From an uncultured Gammaproteobacteria bacterium (GTDB lineage Bacteria; Patescibacteriota; Microgenomatia; CAZXEC01), in NCBI GenBank assembly GCA_964639595.1, contig CAZXEC010000001.1, positions 326,903 to 390,902 of the forward strand: a DNA stretch of 64,000 nucleotides, written 5' to 3'. Below the pieces are notes generated by a model. That model did not search any database. It was not told the DNA's origin and was given only the letters and a program-made list of their open reading frames with translations. A program made the position numbers and the translations under genes. Shown here in pieces: positions 10,030 to 20,670 of the stretch; within the stretch, counting starts at the first letter, position 1, and every line of letters starts with the position of its first letter.

Positions 10030-10778
10030 TGTCTAATAAACTTGCAGTTTACGATCGAAATCAACATGAACAGGAGTTTTTTGATCAGCTGGCAAAAGAT
10101 AATTGTGAATACTGGGGTTGCCAAACAAAGGCCGGTTGCTATCGGATGGAGATGAGAGCGCAACTGGCCCAGCGATTCTTGGGGTTGTGTCCGGGGATGA
10201 AAATATTGGATCTAGGGTGCGGGTTAGGCGCCTTTACTCAATATTTGTTACCGTATGCTGCCACCATCTATGCTATTGATATTTCCTCTGCCACCATCGC
10301 CCAAGTTAAGATGAGAATTTCATCACTGAATGTTATCTTTTCTGTCCAAGATGCCCATCACTTAAGCTTTGCAGATAATTTTTTTGATGCGGTGGTAGGG
10401 AATGCGACCCTGCATCATCTGGATTTATCTTGCGCTTTGCTAGAAATTCAGCGAGTGGTCAAACCGCATGGTCAGATATTTTTTACCGAGCCAAATATGG
10501 CAAATCCACAAAATTGGCTTGAGAGACATGTTAGATTTATTGGTAAACTCATGCGCAACTCGCCGGATGAAACTGCTTTTTATCGCTGGCAATTGAAAAA
10601 AAAATTGAAGGCGGCAGGTTTTATCAATGTATCAGCTGAACCATTTGATTTTATCTATCCGGCGATCCCTGAAGCCTGGATTGGTCCGGTAAAAAAGATG
10701 TCGGATTTCTTAGAGAAAATTCCTTTGTTGAGAGAAATTGCCGGTTCACTGTTGATAACCGGACAAAAAGAGCGGTAA
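10029..10778 (+). CDS. Class I SAM-dependent methyltransferase
   Basis: ILDLGCGLGAF motif I and VKPHGQIFFTEPN. Confidence 0.75.
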   Translation: MSNKLAVYDRNQHEQEFFDQLAKDNCEYWGCQTKAGCYRMEMRAQLAQRFLGLCPGMKILDLGCGLGAFTQYLLPYAATIYAIDISSATIAQVKMRISSLNVIFSVQDAHHLSFADNFFDAVVGNATLHHLDLSCALLEIQRVVKPHGQIFFTEPNMANPQNWLERHVRFIGKLMRNSPDETAFYRWQLKKKLKAAGFINVSAEPFDFIYPAIPEAWIGPVKKMSDFLEKIPLLREIAGSLLITGQKER

Positions 10779-10806
10779 TAATTTACAAGAAGAGCAGGTC
10801 AATACA

Positions 10807-12996
10807 ATGGCAAAATTATCGAATGGAAAAAAGAAATTCTGGACCTTCCTAAAATACCACTGGATGCTGATTAGCATTCTTATTTTGGCTGGCATTCTCC
10901 GCCTTATCGGCCTTTTCCCGAATACTCTCTTACATCAAGACGAACCAGCTCTTTTGGGTCCTTCCCAAAAACTGCTGGAGCAAATCTTATTCCAAGCTAA
11001 TTTTGATCCCAACATTCCCCCCCAACCTTTCAAGTATGGCTCTTTTCTCTATTATCTGCATGCTCTAATTCATGGGGTAGTACTATCAGTTATCTATTTA
11101 TATGAACTGGCATTGCATAAGCTGACGATTTATTCTGCGATGTATAAAGACCAGGTTGATTATTGGCAATTTATTACTAATACGGGACTAGCCAATTATC
11201 GTGATGTCTTGTTATGGTTTGATCGGGCCTCCGGGGCGCTGTTTGGCGTTGCTAGCGTTTGGCTCACCTATTTGATAGGGAAGCAGCTGTTCTGTCAACG
11301 ACTGGGACTTTTGGCAGCATTACTTTTAGCAGTTAACCCCCTCCATGTTCGCGAATCTCATTATGCCACAGTTGACGTTCCCCAGCTATTTTTTATTTTG
11401 CTGTCTTTCCTGTTTTCATTTTTTGTGTTGAAGAAACCTAGTGTCAAGTGGTTTGCCTGGGCTGGTTTTATGGCGGGATTCACCACTTCCATAAAATATT
11501 TCCCCTTGGCACTGTTGCCGCTTTTTTTCTTTCATTTACTCAATATAAAAAAACCTCAAGATATCTATCAGATAGCGAGAAATTTAGTTGTTTCTCTTGT
11601 TTTTGTCTGGTTAGGTTTTTGGGCAGGATCGCCATATTTACCGTTTCATTTTAAAGAAGTTACAGAAATTTTACAGATACATGCTAATTACTACGGTTCA
11701 GATAAATATAATCAACCGAATCTGATCACCAATTTCCTGCCGACCAGTGCCCATTTCTTCCATATCGGGTTTCTGATTGATGAAGCTTATCTGGCCCTGC
11801 CACTTGCAGCTACCATAGTTGGAGTTGTGATGAGTATTTTATCTTTTGGCCGTTTGGCAATTACTCTTTTGGTTATTCCTCTGGTTAACTTTCTGATTAT
11901 TTTTGGCTATGTGGCTCCCATTTATGAGAGATTGCTTTTGCCTGGTATTCCCTTTATGGCCCTATTCAACGCTGTCTTTTTAGATAAAGCTCTTGGCTGG
12001 TTAAGATTGAAGTTTACCGTTACTGGTTTGGTGATGGGCTTGTTATTGATCGTAGCGACTATTGGGCCTTCACTTCAAAAGTCCCTGGCAGCCAGCCTAG
12101 CCTGTGGTCAACCAATTGCCGACTATGCGGCCCGTGATTGGATCAAACAGCATTTTGCTCTCGGAACCAGATTAGCTTATCAACCAGGGATACGCATCCC
12201 GGAAATTGGTCTGGATTTAATCCGATCAGAGATAGCAACCAGTTTTTCTTTAATGGAATTGCAAGAACAACCAGCCGAATATCTGATTATTACTTCGGGT
12301 TACTTAGATCGCTTTAAGGAATGGGCGGCTGATTTTCCAGTGACTCCGGTTGAGGAGATCAACAATCTCTATCCGGTTTTAGTTTTCCAAGAATACCAAA
12401 AAACAACCCAGCTAGTGCAGGAGTTTGTCAAACCATCCCTGTGTGTAGATAACCGGATTTACATTTTTAAATTATTTCCCATTTTAGGAAGAGTCAATAA
12501 TAAAATCAAGCAGTTTTCATTTATGGAAGCAGGCGAACTTTCAGATTGGCGCTTGGTATCTTGGCCAAGTAGCAGACAGCACGCGGTGATCAGTTTTGTT
12601 GCCAGAGGACATGATGGTGCCGGCGCCTTGCGTTATCATTTTCCTCACTCGAATCTGAATCCTACTGATTTAGTTGTTGCCGAACCGATTTTTTCTCCCA
12701 TGATGGAAATAACAGGGGGCGCCAGATACAGTGCTTCTGCCTGGGTAAAGCCTGAAGTGGTACTATCGGATAGTATCTCTGATGGCTTTGTCAGATTAGA
12801 TTTTTATGATCAGCTACAAGGGCAACCTATTGCGACTGCCTTGTCTTCAAGGGCTCGGCCAAATTCTCAATGGCAGGAATTAGTGGTAACAGCCACCGCT
12901 CCCAAAGGAGCCAGATTCGCCACTGTCGGATTTGGCAGTTTTAATCCGTATCAAGCGGGCAGTTTTTTGATTGATGAGGTAAAATTAGCTAATTAG
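10807..12996 (+). CDS. GT-C membrane glycosyltransferase (PMT_2/ArnT-like) with a C-terminal CBM-like domain; paralog of 7876..10029
   Basis: LHQDEPALL and HVRESHYATVDVPQLFF are conserved with the upstream paralog. The C-terminus reads AWVK..FVRLDFYDQ..ATVGF..IDEVKL. Confidence 0.6.
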   Translation: MAKLSNGKKKFWTFLKYHWMLISILILAGILRLIGLFPNTLLHQDEPALLGPSQKLLEQILFQANFDPNIPPQPFKYGSFLYYLHALIHGVVLSVIYLYELALHKLTIYSAMYKDQVDYWQFITNTGLANYRDVLLWFDRASGALFGVASVWLTYLIGKQLFCQRLGLLAALLLAVNPLHVRESHYATVDVPQLFFILLSFLFSFFVLKKPSVKWFAWAGFMAGFTTSIKYFPLALLPLFFFHLLNIKKPQDIYQIARNLVVSLVFVWLGFWAGSPYLPFHFKEVTEILQIHANYYGSDKYNQPNLITNFLPTSAHFFHIGFLIDEAYLALPLAATIVGVVMSILSFGRLAITLLVIPLVNFLIIFGYVAPIYERLLLPGIPFMALFNAVFLDKALGWLRLKFTVTGLVMGLLLIVATIGPSLQKSLAASLACGQPIADYAARDWIKQHFALGTRLAYQPGIRIPEIGLDLIRSEIATSFSLMELQEQPAEYLIITSGYLDRFKEWAADFPVTPVEEINNLYPVLVFQEYQKTTQLVQEFVKPSLCVDNRIYIFKLFPILGRVNNKIKQFSFMEAGELSDWRLVSWPSSRQHAVISFVARGHDGAGALRYHFPHSNLNPTDLVVAEPIFSPMMEITGGARYSASAWVKPEVVLSDSISDGFVRLDFYDQLQGQPIATALSSRARPNSQWQELVVTATAPKGARFATVGFGSFNPYQAGSFLIDEVKLAN

Positions 12997-13002
12997 AGAC
13001 TA

Positions 13003-13857
13003 ATGATTTCTATTATTGTCAGTACTAAAAATGAAGAAAAAAACCTGGAGAGGCTGCTTGCCAGTATTAAAAACCAGACCTACCAGGATTGGGAAGTTAT
13101 AGTGGTGGATAATAATTCTTCTGATCAAACCAAAGCAATTGCCCAGAAGTACACCCCTTTGGTTTTCAATTATGGTCCGGAAAGATCGGCCCAGAGAAAT
13201 TTTGGAGCAAAACAAGCCAGAGGCGAGTACGTCTTAATTTTAGATGCTGATATGGAACTGGAGGAAAATGTTTTGGCAGAGTGTGCAGAGGTAGTTGGCT
13301 CCGATAAATCCCGATTTAATCGGGATAAAATCGGAGTTGACAAAACTTCTACCTTAAAAGCCCTGATTGTTCCGGAAAGGTCGACATCGCAAAATTTTTG
13401 GGGCCGCTGCAAAGCGTACGAAAGGTCATTTTATGTGGGAGACGAGACCATTGAGGCGGCCCGTTTTTTCAACAGGCAAATTTTTGACCAACTGGGTGGT
13501 TATGACACTGCCATGACCGGGCCGGAAGATTATGACCTGTCGTATCGGGTCAGGCAAAAATATCAGATAGGGAGAATCGGCTCTTTTATCATTCATCATG
13601 AAGGAGCGCCTAGTTTATGGCAATTGATGAAGAAAAAGTTTTATTATGCTAAACATGCCAAGGCCTATTACGCAAAATACCCTGGTTTAAGATTATCCCA
13701 GGGCAACCTGCTGCTGCGTCCGGCTTTTATTAGAGGATGGATGAAACTGATTTCTCATCCGGTCTTGACCCTCGGTCTGGTGATCATGCGTAGTTGCGAG
13801 ACAGCAGGAGCCCTGGCGGGGTTTTTGCTAAGTGGTACAGTTAAGATGAAGAATTAA
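13003..13857 (+). CDS. Glycosyltransferase family 2
   Basis: ISIIVSTKNEEKNL..VIVVDNNSSD and a DAD (DXD) motif. Confidence 0.75.
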   Translation: MISIIVSTKNEEKNLERLLASIKNQTYQDWEVIVVDNNSSDQTKAIAQKYTPLVFNYGPERSAQRNFGAKQARGEYVLILDADMELEENVLAECAEVVGSDKSRFNRDKIGVDKTSTLKALIVPERSTSQNFWGRCKAYERSFYVGDETIEAARFFNRQIFDQLGGYDTAMTGPEDYDLSYRVRQKYQIGRIGSFIIHHEGAPSLWQLMKKKFYYAKHAKAYYAKYPGLRLSQGNLLLRPAFIRGWMKLISHPVLTLGLVIMRSCETAGALAGFLLSGTVKMKN

Positions 13858-14785
13858 GGAATTGTCTCAGTAATTGTCTCCTGAAGGTACTCGTATCATG
13901 GGGTACTAGCGGTGCGCTGGCTATTTCACCATCGTACTCGACGACAAATCGGGTCCATTCGTCAGCCGGCACTTCTCCATCTGGCCAAGCTAGCAGATCT
14001 TCAATTGGTACCGCCAGCATGACACTATTTTCTTTATGGTCAACAGCCTTTTTCCATGATTCAATCAGAACACTTGGGTCTGCTACTACTTCTGTGACAT
14101 GGATCCAGCAAGTATAGGCAAAGGGTTTTTCAGCGCCGATGGCCAGCAATCTGGTGGTGCCTGCTTTGGGCTCCAGACCAAACTCTTCCTTCAGACCTCG
14201 ATGAACCGTAGCAAAAGAACTGGCATCTTCAGGCTCCATTTGCTCCTCGAAGGAGAGAGAATATCTGCCTGGATGAAAATCTTGCCCTTGGGCCCGTAAG
14301 GAGATAATAACACTACGCTGGTATCGGTCGAAAATAGCTTCTTGGAATAGCACAATATTATGGGTAGAAATTCCCACCGGCACTTCTGTTTGCCTGAATC
14401 TGGTAATTTCTTCCCGGCTGCGCATATGCAAATCAGGGGCTGCCTGATCAATACCCCTGATGGTAAAGTAGTCGCTTATGCCCAGTGTAACTCTAAGATG
14501 ATCGGGTGTGGCGGCGATGCTTCTGACTGTGACTTTGGGGTCATTCCAGACATTGGGTCCTGTTCTTTCTTGGGTTTTGTTAAAAGCTTGGGCCAAACCC
14601 TGCCTCATCCATTCTGGCGCCTGGGCTACCAGTTCCGGGTGGCCGGAGACGGTCTTTGAATCTGGGCTTTGAAAAAATTCTACTTGTTCGGAAGATAAAC
14701 CCTGAGGCCAGGCAGCAATCTCGATGGTGGTGCCGATTTCCCTGAAAGGGTATTCCGGACGGTGACCTAAATCCTCTCTTGTCAT
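13841..14785 (-). CDS. Hypothetical protein, compositionally atypical (GC ~50%); possible degenerate Nudix box
   Basis: A 314 aa ORF fills an otherwise gene-free gap, with ATG at 14785 and a TATAAT -10 upstream on the minus strand. RGLKEEFGL resembles the Nudix REUxEExGU, but the preceding spacing is inexact. No other recognisable motifs. Confidence 0.45.
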   Translation of the reverse strand: MTREDLGHRPEYPFREIGTTIEIAAWPQGLSSEQVEFFQSPDSKTVSGHPELVAQAPEWMRQGLAQAFNKTQERTGPNVWNDPKVTVRSIAATPDHLRVTLGISDYFTIRGIDQAAPDLHMRSREEITRFRQTEVPVGISTHNIVLFQEAIFDRYQRSVIISLRAQGQDFHPGRYSLSFEEQMEPEDASSFATVHRGLKEEFGLEPKAGTTRLLAIGAEKPFAYTCWIHVTEVVADPSVLIESWKKAVDHKENSVMLAVPIEDLLAWPDGEVPADEWTRFVVEYDGEIASAPLVPHDTSTFRRQLLRQFLNSSS

Positions 14786-14818
14786 ACAAACGGCATTCTA
14801 ACATTATAGGTTTTGCAT

Positions 14819-14845
14819 GTCAACCCCGACCTAATCGGGGTTGAC
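14819..14845. promoter_or_regulatory. Perfect 11-bp inverted repeat (GTCAACCCCGA-cctaa-TCGGGGTTGAC) in a divergent intergenic region; candidate operator
   Basis: Read directly from the sequence. It lies between the divergent starts at 14785 (minus) and 14897 (plus). No T-run follows, so it is not an intrinsic terminator. Its outward ends read TTGAC. Confidence 0.4.
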
Positions 14846-14856
14846 TCATCCGTAGG

Positions 14857-15910
<1,054 letters not shown>

Positions 15911-15912
15911 AC

Positions 15913-17070
15913 ATGAAGAATTTTAAAAAAATGAGGGTGGTGATTGCCACTCATGAGGCCACCACTGGCCCTGCCCATGATGTGAGAGATTTTCTCAAAG
16001 ATAAAGTAGCAGAGCTGTTATTTATTGCCCACCCGCTGTTGTTTATTCCGGCAAATTATAAAAGGAGTTCCTATTATGAAAAATACTTGCCGGGTAAACC
16101 GGTTAAAAGATCTCAAGCCAGACATTGGCAAGGGCCTGAAGTAATGCTGTATGTGAAGGATCTGATCTATACCATCTTTTGGACCATTCGCAACGGCGGT
16201 GCCGATATTTTTATCGGCTCCGGCAACTTGAGCGCTTTTGCCGGAGTGATCTTAAAAAAATTAAGAGTAGTTGACAAAGTGGTTTTTTATTGCATTGATT
16301 ATGTGCCGGAAAGATTTGCCAACCCGCATGTTAACCGGCTGTACCATTGGGTGGACAGGCTGGCTTGCGCCGGTGCTGATATAACTTGGAACTTATCTCC
16401 CCGGATGGCCGATGGTAGAAATAGCAGGTGGGAAAGATCTCTGGGCAGGCAAGTGACCTTACCGATCGGTGTTCATTTTAACCGGATTCATCGGCTGCCT
16501 TTGGATCAAATCCATCATGCGGAAATTGTTTATTTGGGGACTCTTTTGGAAAAACAAGGTGTGCAGTTGGTGATTGGAGCGTTAACTAAAATTGCCAGCC
16601 AGATCCCCAATTTACATTTTCTGGTGATTGGCTCCGGGCCGTATGAAGAGCAGCTCAAAGAATTAACCAAGCAAAAAGGAGTTGAAGCGCTGGTGACATT
16701 TGCCGGATATGTTGAAGATCACCAGCAGGTGGAAGAGATGATGGCCAGAGGAGCAGTGGCAGTGGCTCTTTACAACAAAGAAGTAGATCAATTCAGCTAT
16801 TACGCCGACCCCAGCAAGGTGAAAAATTATTTAGCGGCCGGCCTACCGGTTATCATTACCGATGTACCATATATTGCCCAGGAGATTGTCCAAAAAAAAG
16901 CCGGAATAATAGTAGAATACCAGGAAGAACAAATGGTTGATGCCATACTTGGCTTGTTGAAAGATCCCAGAGAGTTAGCAAAGTATCGGCAGAATGCTGT
17001 TAATTTTGCGCGAGATTTTGATTGGGATGTACTGTTGACGAAAGCATTTGCCGAGCTGGTAAAAAACTAA
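15913..17070 (+). CDS. Glycosyltransferase family 4 (GT-B fold)
   Basis: C-terminal GT4 pattern VIGSGPYEEQLKEL...FAGYV...E...AAGLPVIITD. Confidence 0.7.
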   Translation: MKNFKKMRVVIATHEATTGPAHDVRDFLKDKVAELLFIAHPLLFIPANYKRSSYYEKYLPGKPVKRSQARHWQGPEVMLYVKDLIYTIFWTIRNGGADIFIGSGNLSAFAGVILKKLRVVDKVVFYCIDYVPERFANPHVNRLYHWVDRLACAGADITWNLSPRMADGRNSRWERSLGRQVTLPIGVHFNRIHRLPLDQIHHAEIVYLGTLLEKQGVQLVIGALTKIASQIPNLHFLVIGSGPYEEQLKELTKQKGVEALVTFAGYVEDHQQVEEMMARGAVAVALYNKEVDQFSYYADPSKVKNYLAAGLPVIITDVPYIAQEIVQKKAGIIVEYQEEQMVDAILGLLKDPRELAKYRQNAVNFARDFDWDVLLTKAFAELVKN

Positions 17071-17078
17071 AAATAGAT

Positions 17079-17837
17079 ATGACAAAAAGTAAAAAATTAA
17101 GTTCTACAAAATATCAAACAACATCGCCAACAAAAACAAACCATAACTTCTATCAGCAGATAAGGGATCTCTATGCAATGATAAAGCAAGCCCCGGATAC
17201 TGCCAATCAGGAGCTTAATCAGGAACATATCAGCCTGGCGCAGGACTATCGCCGGAACTTTTATAGCTATTTTGGCGGACTGAAACACTTTAAAAATAAA
17301 AATGTTTTGGAAATTGGTTGCGGTTATGGGGGAGACAGCGCTCTCATTGCCGAAGTGGCTAAAAAAGTAGTCGGTACTGATCTTAACAAGGATCAACGTT
17401 GGGAAATTTGGCAGAAAACCAATATGATATTTGCCAAAGAAAATGCCCAGAGTTTGTCATTTGCCAGCCAGAGTTTTGATGTAGTTTGTGCCCGTGATGT
17501 TTTGCATCATGTCGATTACCCATCACTGGCTATCAAAGAGATGGGTCGGGTTGTCAAAAAAGGCGGCAAGATAATTATTATTGAAGCCAACAGATACAAC
17601 CCCATATTTTATTTACATTTAACATGTCTTTTAGGGCATGATCATTTTACCCAAAACAAATTTATGGAGTTGGTCAGAAATAATTTTGACCAAGTGGAAT
17701 TTTTCTTTGTAGAAAGTCACTTCTTACCGATCAGAAACAAAATCTTCAGGTGGTGGTGGAATAGTGTTTGGAGTCTGGCTAACTTATTTCTGCCATCTTT
17801 TCTAAAATCATATAATGTAGCAGTAGCAACCAGATGA
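17079..17837 (+). CDS. Class I SAM-dependent methyltransferase
   Basis: VLEIGCGYGGDS motif I and VKKGGKIIIIEAN. The start is moved to the ATG at 17079; the track ORF begins inside the upstream gene. Confidence 0.7.
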   Translation: MTKSKKLSSTKYQTTSPTKTNHNFYQQIRDLYAMIKQAPDTANQELNQEHISLAQDYRRNFYSYFGGLKHFKNKNVLEIGCGYGGDSALIAEVAKKVVGTDLNKDQRWEIWQKTNMIFAKENAQSLSFASQSFDVVCARDVLHHVDYPSLAIKEMGRVVKKGGKIIIIEANRYNPIFYLHLTCLLGHDHFTQNKFMELVRNNFDQVEFFFVESHFLPIRNKIFRWWWNSVWSLANLFLPSFLKSYNVAVATR

Positions 17838-19636
17838 AAAAGAAATCTCTTTATTGTTTATCGATCCATTCCGGCCATGTGGCAGGTGCGGCCCTGTCTT
17901 GTGACGGGAAAATAGTCCAGTGTGTGTCAGAGGAGCGTTTCAACTGGCAAAAAAACTACCTGGGTTATCCCCGGCAAAGTATTGACTACGTCCTCACAGC
18001 CGCCGGCATCACAGCCGCCGATCTTGACTTGGTAGTTTTGCCTTCCAGATATGGGGCGCCTATTGTTTCCACCCAAGAAGTGCAAGCACAAATGGCCCTA
18101 ATATTATGGTTGTATAGACCAATTAATATTATCAGGCAACTGTGGGGAATCCTAGTGTATTACCTGCCGCCTTTATCAGGTATTGGCCGCCTGTTGTACA
18201 GGGTGATGGCCTATACCTTGGGCAGATATACTGCCAGCAAGGAAAAAAGTGTGATTGCCAAGCATTTACATATTCCCCGGGAGAAAATTATAGAATTGGA
18301 GCATCATTTCTCTCATGCTGCCACAGCTTACCTGGGCTCCCCTTTAAATAAGCAAACAGCCTTAGTTTTTACTTTGGACGGGGAAGGTGACTTGCTTTGT
18401 TCCAGCGTCTCAGTTGCCGAAGGCGGCAAAATTTGCCGAATTGCTGCAACTCCCCGGGAATACTCTTTGGGCTGGATGTATTATTACGTCACTAAATATT
18501 TTGGGATGAAGCCCAATGAGCATGAATATAAAGTCATGGGTCTGGCTCCTTATGCTAAAGATCGCGATGTTCAAAAAGTGTATGACCAGATCAAGGATAT
18601 TATTTATCTGAATCCTAAAAATAAACTTACTTTCAAGGCGAAATTCCATATGCAGAATATGGAATATTTTTTGAGGAAAAAAGTTTTCTGGGCTCGGTTT
18701 GATAATCTGGCCGGAGCCATCCAAAAACTTTTGGAAGATCGGGTAGTGGAGTGGATCAAAGAAGGCATTGCCGCCACCGGTATATCGACGGTAATTTTAT
18801 CCGGCGGGGTCTTCATGAATGTAAAAGCTAATCAAAAAATTGCCGAACTTGACGAGGTGAAGAAGATTTTTATTTTTCCCTCTTGCGGTGATGAGTCGCT
18901 GGCAATAGGAGCATGTTATGTTGGGTATCAAAGGTTGATCAAGCAGCAGGGCAGACAAGCCGATATTTGCCCCATTTCCGACTTATATCTGGGGCCAAGT
19001 TATTCTAACGAGGAGATTGAAAGGTTTTTAAAAAAAGAAAATTATTTTGCTAAATATACGATTGATAAACTGGAGAAAATCGAGGAGAGGGTTGCCCAGC
19101 TGCTGGCTCAAGGCCAGGTGGTTGGCCGCCTGTCAGGTAGAATGGAATGGGGGGCAAGGGCTTTGGGTAACAGATCGCTGTTGGCAAATCCCCAGGATCC
19201 GGATGTGGTGATGGTCTTAAATGAGCAGATGAAAGATCGTGATTTTTGGATGCCTTTTACTCCATCTGTTTTGGACAGATGTGCCCGCAACTATATTAAA
19301 AATCCCAAAAAGATATCTGCCCCATATATGATTATGACTTTTGATACAACCAAACTTGGTAAAAAAGACTTAAAGGCTGCTATTCATCCATATGATTTTA
19401 CTTGCCGGCCGCAAGTTTTAGAAAAATCATGGAACGTGAAATATTATAGCCTTATTGAAGCTTTTGAGAAGTTAACCGGCATTGGGGCGGTTTTGAATAC
19501 TTCGTTTAACCTACATGGTTTGCCAATAGTTTTAGGTCCCAGAGAAGCCATGTATGTTTTTGAAAATTCCGGCCTGGAATTTTTAGCCATGGAAAACTTC
19601 TTGGTTCGTAAATCTAGCCCAACACATGCCGAATAA
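17834..19636 (+). CDS. Carbamoyltransferase (NodU/CmcH/TobZ family), divergent N-terminus
   Basis: A 600 aa protein with the HH metal motif EHHFSHAATAY, a Kae1/YgjD-like N-domain and a C-terminal ...LNTSFN... motif. The start overlaps the upstream stop as ATGA. Confidence 0.75.
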   Translation: MKKKSLYCLSIHSGHVAGAALSCDGKIVQCVSEERFNWQKNYLGYPRQSIDYVLTAAGITAADLDLVVLPSRYGAPIVSTQEVQAQMALILWLYRPINIIRQLWGILVYYLPPLSGIGRLLYRVMAYTLGRYTASKEKSVIAKHLHIPREKIIELEHHFSHAATAYLGSPLNKQTALVFTLDGEGDLLCSSVSVAEGGKICRIAATPREYSLGWMYYYVTKYFGMKPNEHEYKVMGLAPYAKDRDVQKVYDQIKDIIYLNPKNKLTFKAKFHMQNMEYFLRKKVFWARFDNLAGAIQKLLEDRVVEWIKEGIAATGISTVILSGGVFMNVKANQKIAELDEVKKIFIFPSCGDESLAIGACYVGYQRLIKQQGRQADICPISDLYLGPSYSNEEIERFLKKENYFAKYTIDKLEKIEERVAQLLAQGQVVGRLSGRMEWGARALGNRSLLANPQDPDVVMVLNEQMKDRDFWMPFTPSVLDRCARNYIKNPKKISAPYMIMTFDTTKLGKKDLKAAIHPYDFTCRPQVLEKSWNVKYYSLIEAFEKLTGIGAVLNTSFNLHGLPIVLGPREAMYVFENSGLEFLAMENFLVRKSSPTHAE

Positions 19637-20669
19637 TGTCGTGGTTTCTGTAATAATTATCAACTGGAACGGGCAAAAAGATTTGTCCGGCTGCTTGACC
19701 TCCTTGAAAAAAGTGAAAGATGTAGAATTTGAGGTAATACTGGTTGATAATGGATCGACTGACCAAAGCGCAAAAGTTGCCCAAAAAATATTCCCGGATG
19801 TTCATGTTATTCGCAATCAGCATAATTTAGGCTATGCGCCGGCCAATAATCAGGGGTTGGCTGGCGCCAGGGGTGAATTCATCCTGTTTTTGAATAATGA
19901 CACCAAGGTCACGGATGATTTTTTGAAGATATTAGTCAGTATTCTTAAAGCCGATCCAAAAATTGCCGCTGTTCAGCCTAAAATTTATCTAATGGGTCGG
20001 GGCCAGATGTTGGATGCGGTCGGATCATTTTTAACCTGGACCGGATTTTTGGACCACTTTGGCTATGAGAGGCGCGATGGGCCCCAATATGCAAAACCAA
20101 GGGAAATATTTAGCGCCAAGGGAGCCTGCATGTTATTTCGCAAATCGGTCCTTGACCAAATAGGGAATTTTGATAATTTATTTTTTGCCTATTTTGAAGA
20201 GACTGACTTATGTTGGAGAGCTTGGTTGGCAGGGTATAGGGTATCTTATGTTCCGCAAGCTGTCATCTATCATAAAGGAGGAGCAACCGCCCACCGCTTG
20301 CCAGAGGCCATCAGTTTATATCATTCATACAAAAATAGAATCAGGACATTTATTAAAAATTTTGCAGTTGTCAATCTGGTCAGGGTTTTATTTGTCCATA
20401 GTCTTATTTGTACTTTTTTAGTGTTGGCTCATCTTTTGATGGGCAGGACCAGTCAGGCATTAGCTATTGTCAGGGCATACTGGTGGAATATCACGGTTTT
20501 GTCAGATACTCTCCAGGAGAGAACTCGCGTCCAGGCCTTGAGGCAAGTTGGCGATAAGCAGTTGTTTGGTCCTTTAGTCAGGCACAAAGGACTGGTACAA
20601 TATCTTAAAGAAGTTTATTTTTCTTTCTTTATTGCGCCAAAAATCAGGCAGGAAAAAATGGGATGGTAA
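19626..20669 (+). CDS. Glycosyltransferase family 2 (rhamnosyltransferase-like)
   Basis: VSVIIINWNGQKDL..VILVDNGSTD, NNDT, and a C-terminal hydrophobic region. Confidence 0.75.
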   Translation: MPNNVVVSVIIINWNGQKDLSGCLTSLKKVKDVEFEVILVDNGSTDQSAKVAQKIFPDVHVIRNQHNLGYAPANNQGLAGARGEFILFLNNDTKVTDDFLKILVSILKADPKIAAVQPKIYLMGRGQMLDAVGSFLTWTGFLDHFGYERRDGPQYAKPREIFSAKGACMLFRKSVLDQIGNFDNLFFAYFEETDLCWRAWLAGYRVSYVPQAVIYHKGGATAHRLPEAISLYHSYKNRIRTFIKNFAVVNLVRVLFVHSLICTFLVLAHLLMGRTSQALAIVRAYWWNITVLSDTLQERTRVQALRQVGDKQLFGPLVRHKGLVQYLKEVYFSFFIAPKIRQEKMGW

Positions 20670-20670
20670 A

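Noticed and set aside
17022-17078. The upstream extensions of several track ORFs: 17022, 20632, 33219, 34016, 61978, 7796..7831 and 48124.
   Set aside because: These extensions overlap the preceding gene by 30-50 nt. An internal ATG lies at or next to the upstream stop (ATGA-type coupling) and gives a protein that starts at a conserved N-terminus. The shorter starts were preferred.
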